Assembly (NCBI RefSeq): GCF_000142905.1
Contig: NW_013657618.1
Coordinates: 1-64,000, forward strand
DNA: 64,000 nucleotides
Origin: Thecamonas trahens ATCC 50062
Lineage: Eukaryota > Protista > Apusomonadida
Reading direction: 5' to 3'
The number at the start of each line of letters is the position of its first letter. Within the stretch, counting starts at the first letter, position 1. Of the stretch, positions 36,901 to 50,500 are shown piece after piece. The translations under genes were made by a program, and so were the position numbers. A model generated the notes under the pieces. It worked only from the letters and a program-made list of their open reading frames with translations, was not told the origin of the DNA and ran no database searches.

Positions 36901-39900
36901 ACACCCAAAGCCCACGCTCCCGTGCACCGCAGAGTTCCGCATCAGCACGCTCGAGCGCACAAACACCCCGCCGCGCTCCGCGCAGCTGTACAGACTTCCT
37001 TCGCCAAGCGTAACTTCGTCCTCAATCAGCAGCGCCTCCAGCGACGCCGACGATGCCTCGATCGCCTGGCCGTTCTTCGTCGCCGTCCCGGCAAGGTAGT
37101 CGACCCCGGACGTCGCTCCGCCCACCCCGCCAAACGCCGCCTCGTTGTCGCGGACAACGCAGCCATCGACAACCATCCGCCCGCCGCCGATCGCGCTCAC
37201 CGCTCCGCCGATCCGCCGCGCCCGGTTCTCCGCCAGCGTGCTGCCTGTCAGCTGGCCGTCCGCCCCACGCCCACTTCCGGCCACGCCTCCGCCGTGCACG
37301 TCAGCAGCGTTCGAGCTCACAACTGCGCCGCTCGCCACCACCGCCGCCGCGCTCGCGCCAAACGGCTCGCTCGCTCAGCCTCGGCCGCGATCCCGCCGCC
37401 GCTTCCGCTCGCAGAGTTCGCCGTCACAATCGCCTCGCTTCCGAGCACAATCCGCGTCTCGCCGTTCTCCAGCGACACCGCGTGCAGCCCACCGCCGCTC
37501 CCGCCGAGCGCCGTGTTGTCCGACACCACAGACTCGTTCCCGCCGCCCAGCGTCCCAAACTCGGCCGAAATTCGGCCCTCGCCGGACGCCCGCAGGAACA
37601 GCCCGCCGCCGTTCTCAAGCGCCACGTTGCGCGAAATCGTGCTCCGCTGCACGCTCACGTTAAAGCTGCCCGCAAGCGCAATCACAGCTCCGCCGCCGCC
37701 GCGCCGCGGATACGCAATCGCCGCAGACCGGCCCACAGCCTCGTTGTCCTCCACCACAGACTCTACAATCTCCAGGAACGACGTCCCGTCTGCAGACTCG
37801 AGGAACAGGCACCCGCCAGACACAAGCGCATGGTTGTTCACGCACCGCACCCGCTCAAACACAACGCTCACGTCGCGCCCCACCGCCGCAATCGCTCCGC
37901 CAGAATGCTCCGCAGTGTTCGACACGAACGCGCTGTCGCGTGCCACCAGTGACCCGCCGTCGCGAAGCAGCACCGCTCCGCCAAACCCAATCACAGGCGA
38001 CGCCACAGACAGCTGGTTCGCCGTCACCGCTGTCGAGTTGGTCACAGTCACAGACACAAGCTCCAGCCGTCCGCCCACAACTTCGATGCTGCCGCCGCCA
38101 AACACAGCCTTGTTCGTCCGCGCTCCGAGCACAATCATGTTCTCCATTTTCAGCACCGTCGTGCTCCCTTCCACACGGAACAGCAGCGCACCGTCGTCGT
38201 CGCTCCGCTCGCCGGCCGTGCAGTCAAGCACCGCGCCTGGGCCCTCGCCTAGAAGTCGCACAGACTTGGCCACCGTGTACGGCACATCGCGCCAGCATCC
38301 GGTGTACCGCCCGGCCGGAAGCAGGACCGTGTCGCCGTTGCACTGCCCGACCCATCGCGTCACCGACGCCGCCACACACGTCATCGTGTACCCGCATCGC
38401 TCAACCTCGACCCGGAACGTCGTAGGCGGCCGCGGCGTCTGCCACACCGAGTTTGTCCCCGAGTACACCGCCCGCTCGCTCGAGGTGGTCAGAGACGGCG
38501 ATCCAGTCCGGGAAGCCATCGGCATCAATGTCGGCAACGTAAAGCTCGCGTGCCTGACCACGCAGCCGATAGTTCGCATTGTCGGTCCAACGCGTCGCAG
38601 ATGCAAGCCGCGGCTCGCCCTCATCTGGCGAGTCGTTAAACGCGCTTGCGGGCAGACGCGGTGTCTGGTTGAGCAAGACACCGGTCCTGTCGAGCGCACT
38701 GGACAGCACAATGTCGATGTGGCCATCCATGTCCAAATCGGCAGACTCAAGGGACAGTCCGTGACTTGGGCCATCAGTGTCAAGTGGGGTAAAGACTCCC
38801 CATGCCACCGTCGAACTAACACGGTGGGTTGGGCCCCAGACTGGATGAGTGGCATTACCAATGTTGATCTCGTACATGACCGAACTCGTCGTGGCCTCGT
38901 CGATTGAAAAGACAAAATCCACGAGGCCATCGCCGGTTAGGTCGACCATCTCGACGTCGTATATCTTCCACGTCCCCGGTGTGTCCGCAATGCGCTCCAG
39001 CGGCTTGACACTCCATGGTGCGTCATTTGTCGGTCCAAGCGACTCGAACCAGACCACAAAGCCGCTGGTGTAGCACGCCATAAACATGTCCATCATGCCG
39101 TCAGCCGTCACATCCACCAGCGCCAGGCGGTAGCCCCAGCTGCACTGAGTCGTCGACCAGCTCACAAGCTCGACCGGCTCTTCAAACCGCTTCGGCAGAG
39201 TAGGATTGCCACGGAGGATCGCGAGGTTTCCCGAGTCACGCCCGAGGACAACCAAATCGATAAACTCGTCACCGTCAAGCAGCATTGCCACCATGTCTTC
39301 GGGGTGCTCCACCACATCGGTCGTGTTGATCACCTGCACAGCCGTCGCCGCGTCAAAGAACGGGAACACGCCCAAGTTGGGCATCCACCCGATCACATCT
39401 CCGCTAGCCATGAGAAACAGCAGGTCCACAAGCCCGTCCATGTCCACGTCAGCAGCCACCAGCCGGTGAATACGGCCGACAAAGTCGACTTCGCCGCGCC
39501 CGGTAAAGTCAGGCACATTGGTATGGACGTGAAGCTTGCCCAAGACCGAATCGTCGCTGCGGTAGTACACCAAGTCCAGACGCGAGTCGCGGTTAAAGTC
39601 GGCAACACATCCGGTGGGGATGCCATAACTCGCCGACGTCACCTGGAATGCGCCCTTGGTCGCTGCCGGGTACCCGAGGTTCGGCTGCCACTTAAAACCA
39701 TCGATGGTGGCAAAGACAACGTCGACAAAGCTGTCGCTGTCGTAGTCGGTCAGAACCAGGCCGCGGGCTCCATTGACAACAGACGGCATGCGCACATGAT
39801 CCTTGACCCGCACTCGCGCGCTAGAGTTGCCCGGCAAGCCCATCATCACCACTGGCTCGCTCGAGCTCACCAGCCCGACAATGTCGAGGTGGGTGTCCTC

Positions 39901-42619
39901 GCCCGGATTGAGCGACGCCACCGCGAGGTCAAGCACGTACTGGGACCGCGAGGTCTGGATCTCGCCCAAGAACAGCCGCTGACCGCTAGTAGCCAACTCT
40001 CGAAGCGCCCCGCCGCCGCTCAGCAGCGCATACAGATTCCATCGCTCCGCCACAACAAGGTCCAGGCTTCCGTCAAGGTCCATGTCCACCACCACAACCG
40101 CCGCAAGCAAGTCCATGTCGTCGGCAATCATGGTGGTGTTGACACTCGGACTGCCGCTCGCCCAGTCGTCGACCTCGTACAGCGTGACGTATCCGTAGCT
40201 GTTCGAGCCAAACGACGACAACGACCGCCAGCCGACCACCACCTCGCGGGCGTTCCCATCGCCGTCGGCGTCATTCACAATCAACTCCACCGCCACCTCG
40301 CGCGAGTTCTTGGACTCGCCAAGCGTAACCGCAGCTGAAAATGCCAGCGGCGAGCCCGCGATCCCGCCGTACGCGTTAGAGAGGTACTCGACCGTCGACC
40401 GGCTGAACGACGAGTATGTTGCGTACACAAAGTCGTAGTCGCCGTCACCGTCATAGTCGTCAACATTCATCTCGATCACTTCATCCAAGACAAACCCGAG
40501 CGTCTGCTGCCCACCATTGAAAGCAAGCTTGCCAGCGCCACCGGCACTCGTCCCGGGCCCGGCCGCAAGGTAAATAGCAAGATCAAAAAGGTGCATGTTG
40601 GCGTGAATGCCAAGGTAGTCAGGCGCACCATCACCGTTGAAATCCGCCACCAGCGGACCCCCAAAACCCTTGACGCCGCCAAGGAGAGGGATCGGCCGGT
40701 TGTCGTCAAACACGCTTGCGACATCGGGGTACATGTTGCGGTAGTAGAAGAGAGTGCCGCCCTCGGTCGAGCCGGTGAGCGACAGTGAGAAGCCGACCAA
40801 GTCCAACATCCCGTCGCCATCCATATCCACCAGATTCCACCCGGACGGAAAGATGGCCATCCCTGAGAACGAGATCAGCGCGTCATAGGTGTCGTCGTCG
40901 CTATTGTACAGCGCCATAAACATGTTCGATCCGTAGCGCTTGCCCACTACATCGAGGTATGTGTCGTTGTTGACATCTGCTAATTCAACTGAATACAACC
41001 CATCCAAACGCAGCGTATCCTCCATGCTGTAGCCGCCCGCCCCGTCGCCGCGTAGAATGATGAGCACGTCGTCAGTGTAAGACGACGCCACCACATCGAG
41101 GTCGCCGTCGTTGTCGATGTCACCAACGTCGAAACCTCGCGCGTCGTTGCGGTCCATGATCGTCATCGTCGAGCCAAACACAAAGTCAGCGCCCGGTCCG
41201 GCCACGTTGAGGTACGCAAAGAGCTTGCCCTCAACATTTGCATTGCGAACAACGTCAATGTCCCCATCACCATCGACATCAAAGAGCTTGAGAGAATGGC
41301 AGTTCTCCCAGTCGGGCGTGAGCGTCACCACCGTCGATGAAAACACGCCCGGACCGATGGTGTGCACGATGTGGGTGGTGTCCTGGTACGTGTGCCACGC
41401 CACGTCCGGGAAGTTGTCGCCGTTGACATCGCCGAGCGCGAGGAGAGCAACGTACGAGCCGACCGAGAACGAAAAGATGGTCGTGCCCGGTGAGTCAAAG
41501 GTACCGTTACCGTGGTTCGCGAACCACCGCGGCGAGCGATGGTACCTTGTCTCGTCAGTGTGGGACGTCCGCGACCACCACACCAGATCAATGTCGCCAT
41601 CGTTGTCCATGTCGGCAAAGTCAAACTGCTGCTGCACGCCCCTCACCGTGCTATACCCGCTGGCCATGGTGATAGCATCGGTGTACTTTGGCCAACGGGT
41701 CGTCATACTTCCCACCATGGCCTTCAGCCCCACATCCTCGGCCGTGACAAACTCGGGTACTCCATCGCCGTTCAAGTCTCCAGCCCACGCGTCGTACACC
41801 CCCGACGAAGACAGCGCTGCTTGCGAGCCTCCAGACACATACACCGGCGTTGCCCACGTATCCGCCTGCATGCCCGCCGGGCCCATCTCCGCCGCTATGC
41901 ATCCGCTCAGCTTCATGCCCTCATCCGCCGGCTCAAACTGGGCCACGCCGTCCACTGGCACGCCAGCCGTCGAGGGATACTGGCGAGTAAACGGCGATGA
42001 CGACGGGAGGAAAGTCATGCCGTACCGCGAGTGCGCCGCCACATCCCGCCGCCCATCGCAGTCGATGTCCACCGCCGTCTCGAAAAGTCGCTGGCTGGTG
42101 AAAAGCGTCGAGCCCAGAATGACCACTTCGGAAGTTCCATACACCGCGGCATCGGTTGCCGGCTGTCGATGTCATGGCCGAGGGGGGGGANNNNNNNNNN
42201 NNNNNNNNNNNNNNNNNNNNNNNNNNNNNNNNNNNNNNNNNNNNNNNNNNNNNNNNNNNNNNNNNNNNNNNNNNNNNNNNNNNNNNNNNNGGGGGGGGGA
42301 AAGCGACACAGGTGGTGGCAACATTGCAACGACATGGGGACGGCGCCAAAAAAAAAGGATAATTGATGAAATGACCATGGGTAATGCATGGGTCATTCAC
42401 GTGGCTGGCGCCATTGTTGGGTGAACGGCCAATGTTGGTGGGGGAGGGGGAAGAAGGGGAAGGAAGGGAGAGGGGGAGGGGGGGGATAGAGCACAGCAGA
42501 GAGGCCAGAACAAGAGAGAGTGGTGCACGTACGCATGGCTGTCCATGGGTAGAGGTGGTGGTGAAGGAAAAAAGCGCTAGCAGAAGCAGCATGTTCATCA
42601 CTGCCTTGCCCCCCATCAT
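33967..42619 (-). CDS. Giant (>2,700 aa) surface protein: FG-GAP/VCBS propeller repeats, Pmp-like beta-helix, Cys-rich repeats, multi-pass TM module; frameshifts at ~38493 and ~37370; 5' end uncertain (gap, probable intron)
   Basis: Numerous DxDxDGxxD motifs; N.A..GG(A/G)I repeats; CxxCPxGxxC repeats; TM module homologous to that of 4704-15517; signal-like MNMLLLLALFSF at ~42598 followed by a GTACGT donor. Confidence 0.8.
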
Positions 42620-42995
42620 TCTCTCGCTGCCGTAGTTGTAGTGGATCAGCGAGTCAAGAATGCGGCGAATGAATGATCTGCGGGCGGACATTGCGGCACA
42701 ACGACCAATGGCCAATGATCAGGGTGTGAAATGGTTGAGTGCAAACAAATTTTTACGATGTGGTAACAGCGCAAGCATTCACACAGCATTCACGTGCGGC
42801 CATGGCAGGCACCTGGGCTGGTCATCCCCCCCAAGCGGAGAGCCGCACGCACATGCACATCCGCACACACAAACACACGCACGCAAACAGACACGCACAC
42901 ATCAAAGAGCCAACGGCTGGGTGAGCCTGTGCCAACGTGGCTCACATGCACTTGTTGGCGGCGGAGAGTGGTCGACGCCAGCTGGTCAACGCCAG

Positions 42996-44155
42996 CTAGC
43001 TCGAGGTCACCACCGGATGGGCGTTGTTGGCGGCGGGCGAGCCCCAGTCCTGGCCCCACTCGGACCATGAGCCATCGTAGACTCGGACCGACGGTGCCGG
43101 GAGGCCGGCCTCGCGGGCGACTTGCGCGGCAAGGGCGAGGACGCACGCAGTCACGCCCGAGCCGCACGAGGCGATGACGGGCGCGCCGCCGCGATCGCCG
43201 ACCGCAGCCGCAATGGTCTCAGCGAGCACCTCGGGCGAGCGGAGCCGGGTCGTTCCGGCTACGCCCGGCTCGAGGAGCTTGGCGTACGGCAGCGAGACGG
43301 CATGTGGCATGTGGCCCGAACGCATGCCGGGGCGCGGCTCGGGCGTAGTGCCGTCGAACCGGCCGGCGGCCCGGACGTCGACCACAACCGGGTCGTCGGG
43401 CCGGGCGCGGCGGCAGTAGCAAGCTCCTCCACCTCGCTCAGCGGCGCGATCCACGTCGGATCGAGCTCAAACTCGCAGTACGGCGCAAACGCGTTGACAG
43501 CCGTCGCGTTGGACGTCAGCCGCAACATGTACGCCTCAGCGTCGAGCGGATGATCGTCGCGGAGCGGCGGCTCGAGCGCGTCGACCGACTCGGCGAGGAC
43601 CGAGACGTTGCGGATGCCAAAGGCGCGGAGCATCCACCAAACCCGCGGCGAGTGGACGCAGCCTTCCGAGTCGTAGACCACAATGTGCGAGCCGGGCGCG
43701 TTGTACGGGGTGAGACCAAACTTGGCCAGAGCTGTGGTCACCACCTCCTGGGTCGGCATCGAGTGCGGCAAGCCGGCCGACGAGTCGGCCACGGCATCAA
43801 TGTCGACAAAGTACGTGCCATCGACGGCGCCTTGCGCGCCAGCGGCATTGGCCATGGCATCTCGCGCATCGGTCGGCTCCGACTTTGGCGCCCTCACCCG
43901 CCGCCGCATAAAATCCGCCCATCCCGATTCGCCCGCACCTGGCGAGAGGTACCACGATGCGTCGAGGAGCAGCGGCGGAGTCTCGAGCGCTAGCACTTGC
44001 TCCGCCGTCACCAGCGAGGCCAACGGGGCCACGGCCTGAGTCGCCTCCACCTCATGCCCGTCGAGCACATGCACCCTACGCCCGCCACACACTCCGCCCC
44101 ACACGCCCCGTCCCCGTCCCCGTCCGAGCGCAACACCTCGCCGCAGCATCAGCAT
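42996..44155 (-). CDS. MPST: Tandem-rhodanese 3-mercaptopyruvate/thiosulfate sulfurtransferase, probably mitochondrial; frameshift at ~43399
   Basis: LLDASWY, PHSMP, PRVWWMLRAFG, DVRAAGRFDG..PEPRPGMRSGHMP, active site CGSGVTAC, VYDGSWSEW; Arg-rich N-terminal presequence. Confidence 0.9.
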
Positions 44156-44368
44156 CGTCGTCTCTGCCTTGTCGACTACGTCACGTGTCGTCGTCGTCGT
44201 CCTCGTCGTCGTCGTCGTCGTCGCCCCACCGCCACCTCTCATCGTCGCTGGGGTGGGGGTGGGGGTGGGGGGTGGGGGGTGGGTCGTGTACAATATTTTT
44301 TGCTGGGACAAGGACAGACTGTGGCCCTTCTCCCTACGCATCCAAACTACTCCCAATTCACACCACCA

Positions 44369-44426
<58 letters not shown>

Positions 44427-44588
44427 GCCGTTACCGTGCCCGCGCCCAGACCGATCTCTTGCAACGGCCATGACGCCATCACAGCACGCCATCAGTTCTC
44501 ACGTGAATTTTCGAGCAGAAAAAAAATGTCCAAGAGCAATCCTGAGGAGTTCTCGCGCTCTGTAGATAGACTTGTCTACAGGCAAGCG

Positions 44589-47500
44589 ATGTCTACCCAT
44601 CTGCTTGTCCATCTCATGCTGGTCGCTGCTTTCGCCGGCATGGCAGCCGCCTCGGTCGCCTGTGGCTCATCGTCGGCGCTAGTCGGCTTCTCGGCCTCGC
44701 TCTCCTCGCTCGCCCACGGCACTTCGGGCGTCGTCACCGTTGTCGACGATTGCACGCTGCGCGTCGATCATTTTCATTACGACGGCCTTGCTCCCGGAGC
44801 TATCTTTGCCTTGCTCTCACCCTCGGGCTCCCACACTCTGCTCATGGGTGCCCCGATGACCGCTACCACTCGCTTCGCCGACGCCTCGCTCCTTCTCCGC
44901 CTCCCGCCTGGCGCCGCCCTTATCGCCGGCGACTCGTTCTCGCTCTGGTGCGCCACGATGGCCATGGACATGGGATCAGTCAAGCTTGTCCCGCCCTGCC
45001 AGTCTACCGCATCGCACTACGTCGGCTTCACTGCCTCACTCTCTTCGCTCGGCCACAACGTCGCCGGCATCGTCACCGTCGTCGACGACTGCACTCTCGA
45101 GATCGCCGACCTCGATTACGACGGCCTCGCGCCGGCGACATACATCTCGCACGCCGCATCGCCCGCCGGGCCCTACTCCCGCCTTATGTCTGGCCCACTT
45201 GTTGTCCCGCCCTCGCGCTTCCTTCGCATCGTCCTCGACACGCCGCTCACCTCGGGCGCCGGCGGCATCGTCTCGGCATGGTGCGAGACCGCCAGCATGG
45301 ACCTTGGCTCGGTCGCCCTCGGCCCGGCCTGCGCCGCCACTTCCCCCATCGTCGGCTTCTCTGCTTCCATCATCACTGCCATGCACGACGTCGCCGGCAT
45401 CCTCACCGTCGTCAACGACTGCACCCTCCGCATCGATGACTTTGGCTACGACGGCGCCGCTCCCGTCACAGACATCCGCGGCGGCTCTCATCTTGGCGCC
45501 CTACAGGCCAACGGGACCATGCTCTTCCCGCAACTCACACGATCCTACCATCATCACACCCTTGTCTTCCGCCTCCCGTCCTCGACCTCGCTGCTCGACA
45601 TCGGCGTCGTCTCCGTCTGGTGCTCCACACTGAGCGGCATGTCGCTCGGCCATGTCTTCCTTCGCGACATGTCCGGCTGCGAGCTCCCAGCTGCCTACGA
45701 ATCGGGCTACGCAGCATCGCTGCCATCGCTCGCCCACTCGGTCGCCGGAACCATCACTCTCATCGACGGCTGCACGCTCGCCATTGACGGCTTTGCCTAC
45801 GATGGCGCTGCGCCGCACGTCCACGTCTACGCCTTTCCCAACTCGGCCGCCCGTGACGCCGGGCCAGCGCACGGCGTCTCCATCACAGGCACAAGGCTTC
45901 ACGGCGAGTTTGCCTCCTCGCATCTACAGCTGGTGCTTCCGGCCCCAGCCACCATTGCCTCGCATCCGGTCATCTCCGTCTATTGCGTCGCCATGGCCAT
46001 GGACATGGGCTCGGCTGAGATGAGGCCAGCGTGCACCGCCGCATCGCCGCTCATTGGCATCCCACTCGCCCTCGCCCACACAGTTCACGCTGTGGCTGGC
46101 ACCATCACGCTCACTGATGACTGCTCCTACAACGTGACAGGCTTCTCCTACGACGGCGCCGCGCCCACTCCATTCTGGCGTGTCGCCTACTCGCGCGCAG
46201 GCCTCGCCGGCGGCCTTCGCGCCTCGCACGCGCAAGCTCTCCCGGCCCGCGACGATGTGCTCCGGATCACCCTTCCCCCGCCGCTCGACTTTGTCACTAC
46301 ACCTATCAACGTCATCTCGCTCTTTTGCGAGACCATGGCGATCGACATGGGCTCGGTCAACCTCGCCGAAGCACGCAGTGCGGCGCTCTGTCCGGCAACT
46401 CCGGCCTCTCCCAAGATCGGCGCCGTTGGCGCGCTCTCGCGGCTAGCCCACGGTGTGCGCGGCTCAGTCACTCTCATCGACAACTGTAGAGCCCAGATTA
46501 CCGGCTTTGCCTACGACGGCGCTGCTCCTGATACTTACATCTACGGCTTTCCGGCCGGTCTCGCCCCTGGCGCGCCAGGCGCGCTCGGCATTCCTCTCAC
46601 CGGCGAGCTCGGCGAGACCCCGTTTGATGACGATACGCTCGTCGTCTACCTCCCAGACGGCCGGACCTGGGACAACATCGGAACCATCTCGGTCTGGTGC
46701 GCGTCGGTAGGCATGGATCTCGGCTCGTGGTCCACCGAGTCCGCTGCCCGCACATGCGCCAGCTCGCTCTCGGTTGTCGGCCTCGAGGTCTCACTCATCA
46801 GCCAGGCACCGCACGCCATCTCGGGCACCATCACCATCACCTCGGATTGCACCTTTACCATCTCCGACTTTACCTACGACGGCGCCGCGCCCGACGTCCA
46901 CATTGCCGTCGCCGCCTCACACGCCGATCTCGTCACAGCCACCAACGTCATCCTCGTCTCGCCCTCCATCGGTGGGCCGTACTCTGGGTCGCAGCAGCTC
47001 GGCTTCGTCCTTCCGGGCACCATGACCTTTGCCGACGTTGGCGTCGTCTCGGCCTGGTGCGAGACCGTGGGCATGGACCTCGGATCAGCATCGCTCCCGC
47101 CGCCGCCGGCACACTGCGGGCGATCGATGACCTCGCCGCGGGTCGGCTTCATCGCCTCCATCGGCAACAAGGCACACGGCGTCTTTGGTACTGTCGTCAT
47201 CACCTCGGATTGCACCCTCGAGATCCGCGACTTCTACTACGACGGCGCAGCGCCGGCCACGTACCTGGCCGCATCAGCCACATCGCCGTCGTCCACCAGC
47301 TACCTCGCCCCGCAGCAGCTCACCACGGGCTACGCTGGCGCCACACTCAAGATCGCCCTCCCGGCTGCCATAGGCACTGTCGATGTCCTCTCTGCTCTCT
47401 CGGTCTGGTGCGCAAGCGGCGCCGGCATGGATCTGGGCTCAGTCGTTGTCGCTGCTGCCTGCCCCGGCCCTCCGCTGTCAGTCCTCGCTCACGCGCGCGG

Positions 47501-50500
47501 AACGTTGCGGCCAGTCATGCACGACATCGGCGGGAATGTGGAGATCATCTCGGACTGCGCCATTGCCATCACGGGCTTCACGTACGACGGCGGCGCGCCG
47601 GCGACGTTCTGGACCGTCGCCAGCAACATCAGCGCGCTGGCCGCCGGCGCGGGCTCGCCACTCCCGGGCATCGCTCCCCTGGCCGACGCCACGCCCGGCC
47701 CCATCGATCTCATCCTCCACCTCGGCCCACCTGGGATGTTAGAGACTATCTTTGACGACACAAGCTCGGTTGTGCTCTCTGCGCTCTGTTTGGCCATGCC
47801 GCAGCCGATGGACCTCGCCGCCGTCGTCATCCGCCCACCATGCCCCGCCACCCACCCTGCCATCGGCACCTCGGTCACCATCGGACCGGGCGCACACGGC
47901 ATCCGTGGCCTGCTCACCATCGTTTCGGATTGTGCTCTCCGCATTGATAGCTTTTACTACGACGGCGCTGCACCGGGCGTCTAACTCCACGGCGGCGCTG
48001 TCGCCGGATCGCTAGCCCGCCTCTCGCCGCTGCGCTTCGTCGCGCCCTACGCCGGCGCATCGGTTGAGATGAGCCTCGCCGGACAGATGACATGGAGCGA
48101 GGGCATTCAGACGCTCTCGCTCTGGTGCGAGACGATGGGCATGGACATGGCCTCGATTCCGCTCCCGCGCCCGCCGTGCTCCGCCACCTCGGCCTACATC
48201 GGCGCAACCGGCGAGCTCTCGCGGCTCAACCACGGCGTCCGCGGGCGGATCACCATTGTTGACGACTGCAGCTTTGTCATTGACGGCTTTTCCTATGACG
48301 GCGCGGCGCCACAGACCCAGATTCTGGTAGCAGCGTCGGGCGCGCCCTCCGACATCGCGTCGGGCGTCCATGCTTCGGGCCCGATCGGCTCGGCACTGGC
48401 GGGCGCAAACTCGCTGTTCTTCAGGCTCCCAGGCAGTGCGACGTTCTGCGATGACATGACCTTTATCTCGGTCTGGTGCGTTGCCGTGGGCGTCGACTTT
48501 GGCTCGGTCTCGCTTGCCGAGTTTGAGCTCCCGGACTCCAGCGCGAGCGGGAGCGGAAGCACCGGCGGAGGCGCCGACTTTAGCGACTTTGCCTCATGCA
48601 CGCCGCTCGTTCCGGGTGCGATCAACCTCTACTGGCGGCTACACGAGGCCGAGGGCGTTGTCGAGTACGGGATGGAGGGCGATCTCAAGGACGGCGAGTG
48701 GTTTGGCTTTGGCTTTGCCGATCCCGCGCTTGGCCGGGTGGCCATGGTCGGCGCCGACGTCACGCTGGTGGGCCACGCCGCCGACGGCACTCCCTTTGCC
48801 CTCGACTACTTTCTCGAGTCGCAGCGGCAGTGCAACTATGCCGATGAGCGCAATGCCGGTGTCTGCCCTGATTCTCAGCAGGACGCGCAGCTTATCTTTG
48901 CCGAGACAGCCGGGGGCGTCTCGCGGTTCCGCTGGACCAAGCCGATCGACGGCGGCGCGGCCGACGCGTGGGACGTTGACGTCGACGTAACGGCCGACGC
49001 CTCAATCGTATGGGCTCGCGGCCCACAGGCGCCTGACGATGGAACGGGCGAGGTCAAGATCCTCAAGCATCTCGGCAGCAACCGCGCTCAGGATCCGCTC
49101 ACCCTGCGGCTGGCGTCTTCGTTCCCGCTCGCCTCGTGCGCGCCTATCGAGGTCGGCGGAGGCGGAGGTGGGGGAGGGACCGGAGGCGGGGGTAGCGGAG
49201 GGAGCGATGGCACCCTCGGCGGGGTGACGACCATCGAGGTCAAGCTGGGCAACAATCCCAACTATCCCAACCCGCCTGCGTGGGGCATCTCGTACCACCT
49301 CAACGGCATCGAGTCGCCGGTGCTGTACGTCGTCCGTGGGACCGAGTACACCTTCCGCGTCATGGCAAGCTCGGATCACCCATTGTACATCACCTCCTCG
49401 ATCGAGGGCGGGCGATCTGAGGCCGATGAGGTCGTCTACGCCGGATCGGCCGACTCGTGGGGCACCGTCGCCTCGCCGGCGACTGTCACCTGGACGCCCG
49501 ATGCCTCCACCCCGGACCTGGTCTACTACCAGTGCTGGTCACACCTCCGCCTCGGCTGGGAGATCGTGGTCAGCGAGCCTCCGGTCCTCCCGCCGGGCTT
49601 CCCCGACGCGAGTCGCTTTGATCACGTCCGCATCCTGGTCTCCGAGCCGGAGCTCAAGCTGTACTGGACGGCCGAGGCGGGCGTGCTCGACTTTCAGGTC
49701 GAGGGCGCGTACCGCGGATGGATCGGCCTCGGGCTGAGCTCCAGCGGCGGCATGACCGAGTCGGACGTGTGGGTCATGTGGGTCGATCACGTCAACTGCG
49801 CCGCAGGCTGCGCTCACGACTACTCGGTCGGCGCCAGCTACGGCGTGCCGACGCTTGACACCGCAAACAATCTCGAGGTGGTCGGCGGCGCGCAGATTGG
49901 AGGCAAGACCATCGTCCGCGCCCGGCGCGCCTTTGACACCGGCGACGTTGCAGGCGACATGGTCATCCCCGCCTCGGGCGAGGTGACCCTCATCTTTGCC
50001 GCCCGCGCCGCAGGCTACCCCATCACTCCCGCTGCGCTTGCCAAGCACGACGCCGGGACCAACGGAGCAGTCGATTTGCAGCTGCTTACCGGCGGCAGCG
50101 GTGAGGCCTGCCCAGCCAACTGCACCTCGCTCGATCACGGGCTCTGCACGCCGACCGGGTGCGCGTGCAGGCCCGATTGGGTCGGGCGCGACTGCGCAAC
50201 GCCAGCAACGGTCGTCCTCGACTCGGCGGACATTGCGCCGGGCTATTACACCTTTGCCCGCGAGCTCGGCGGTGGATACGTCCTCCACTGGAAGATCCAT
50301 CCGGCGCGCAACAACAGCGCAACCAGCGCGGCCGGTCTGCGCGAGCTCGGCGGCGATGTGGTGGAGTTTGCCATGGTTGCGCCGACAACCGGGTGGATCG
50401 GCCTTGGCATCAACCCGAGCGATGGCGGGATGACTCAAGCCGACATGTACGTCGGGACGGTGACCAGTGGTGGGCAGGTGAGGGTGGAAGACCGCTGGTC

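Noticed and set aside
47982-47984. Genome-wide TAA reassignment (alternative genetic code)
   Set aside because: TAA terminates Rac1 directly after its CAAX box and also ends PITP; only one internal TAA was seen.
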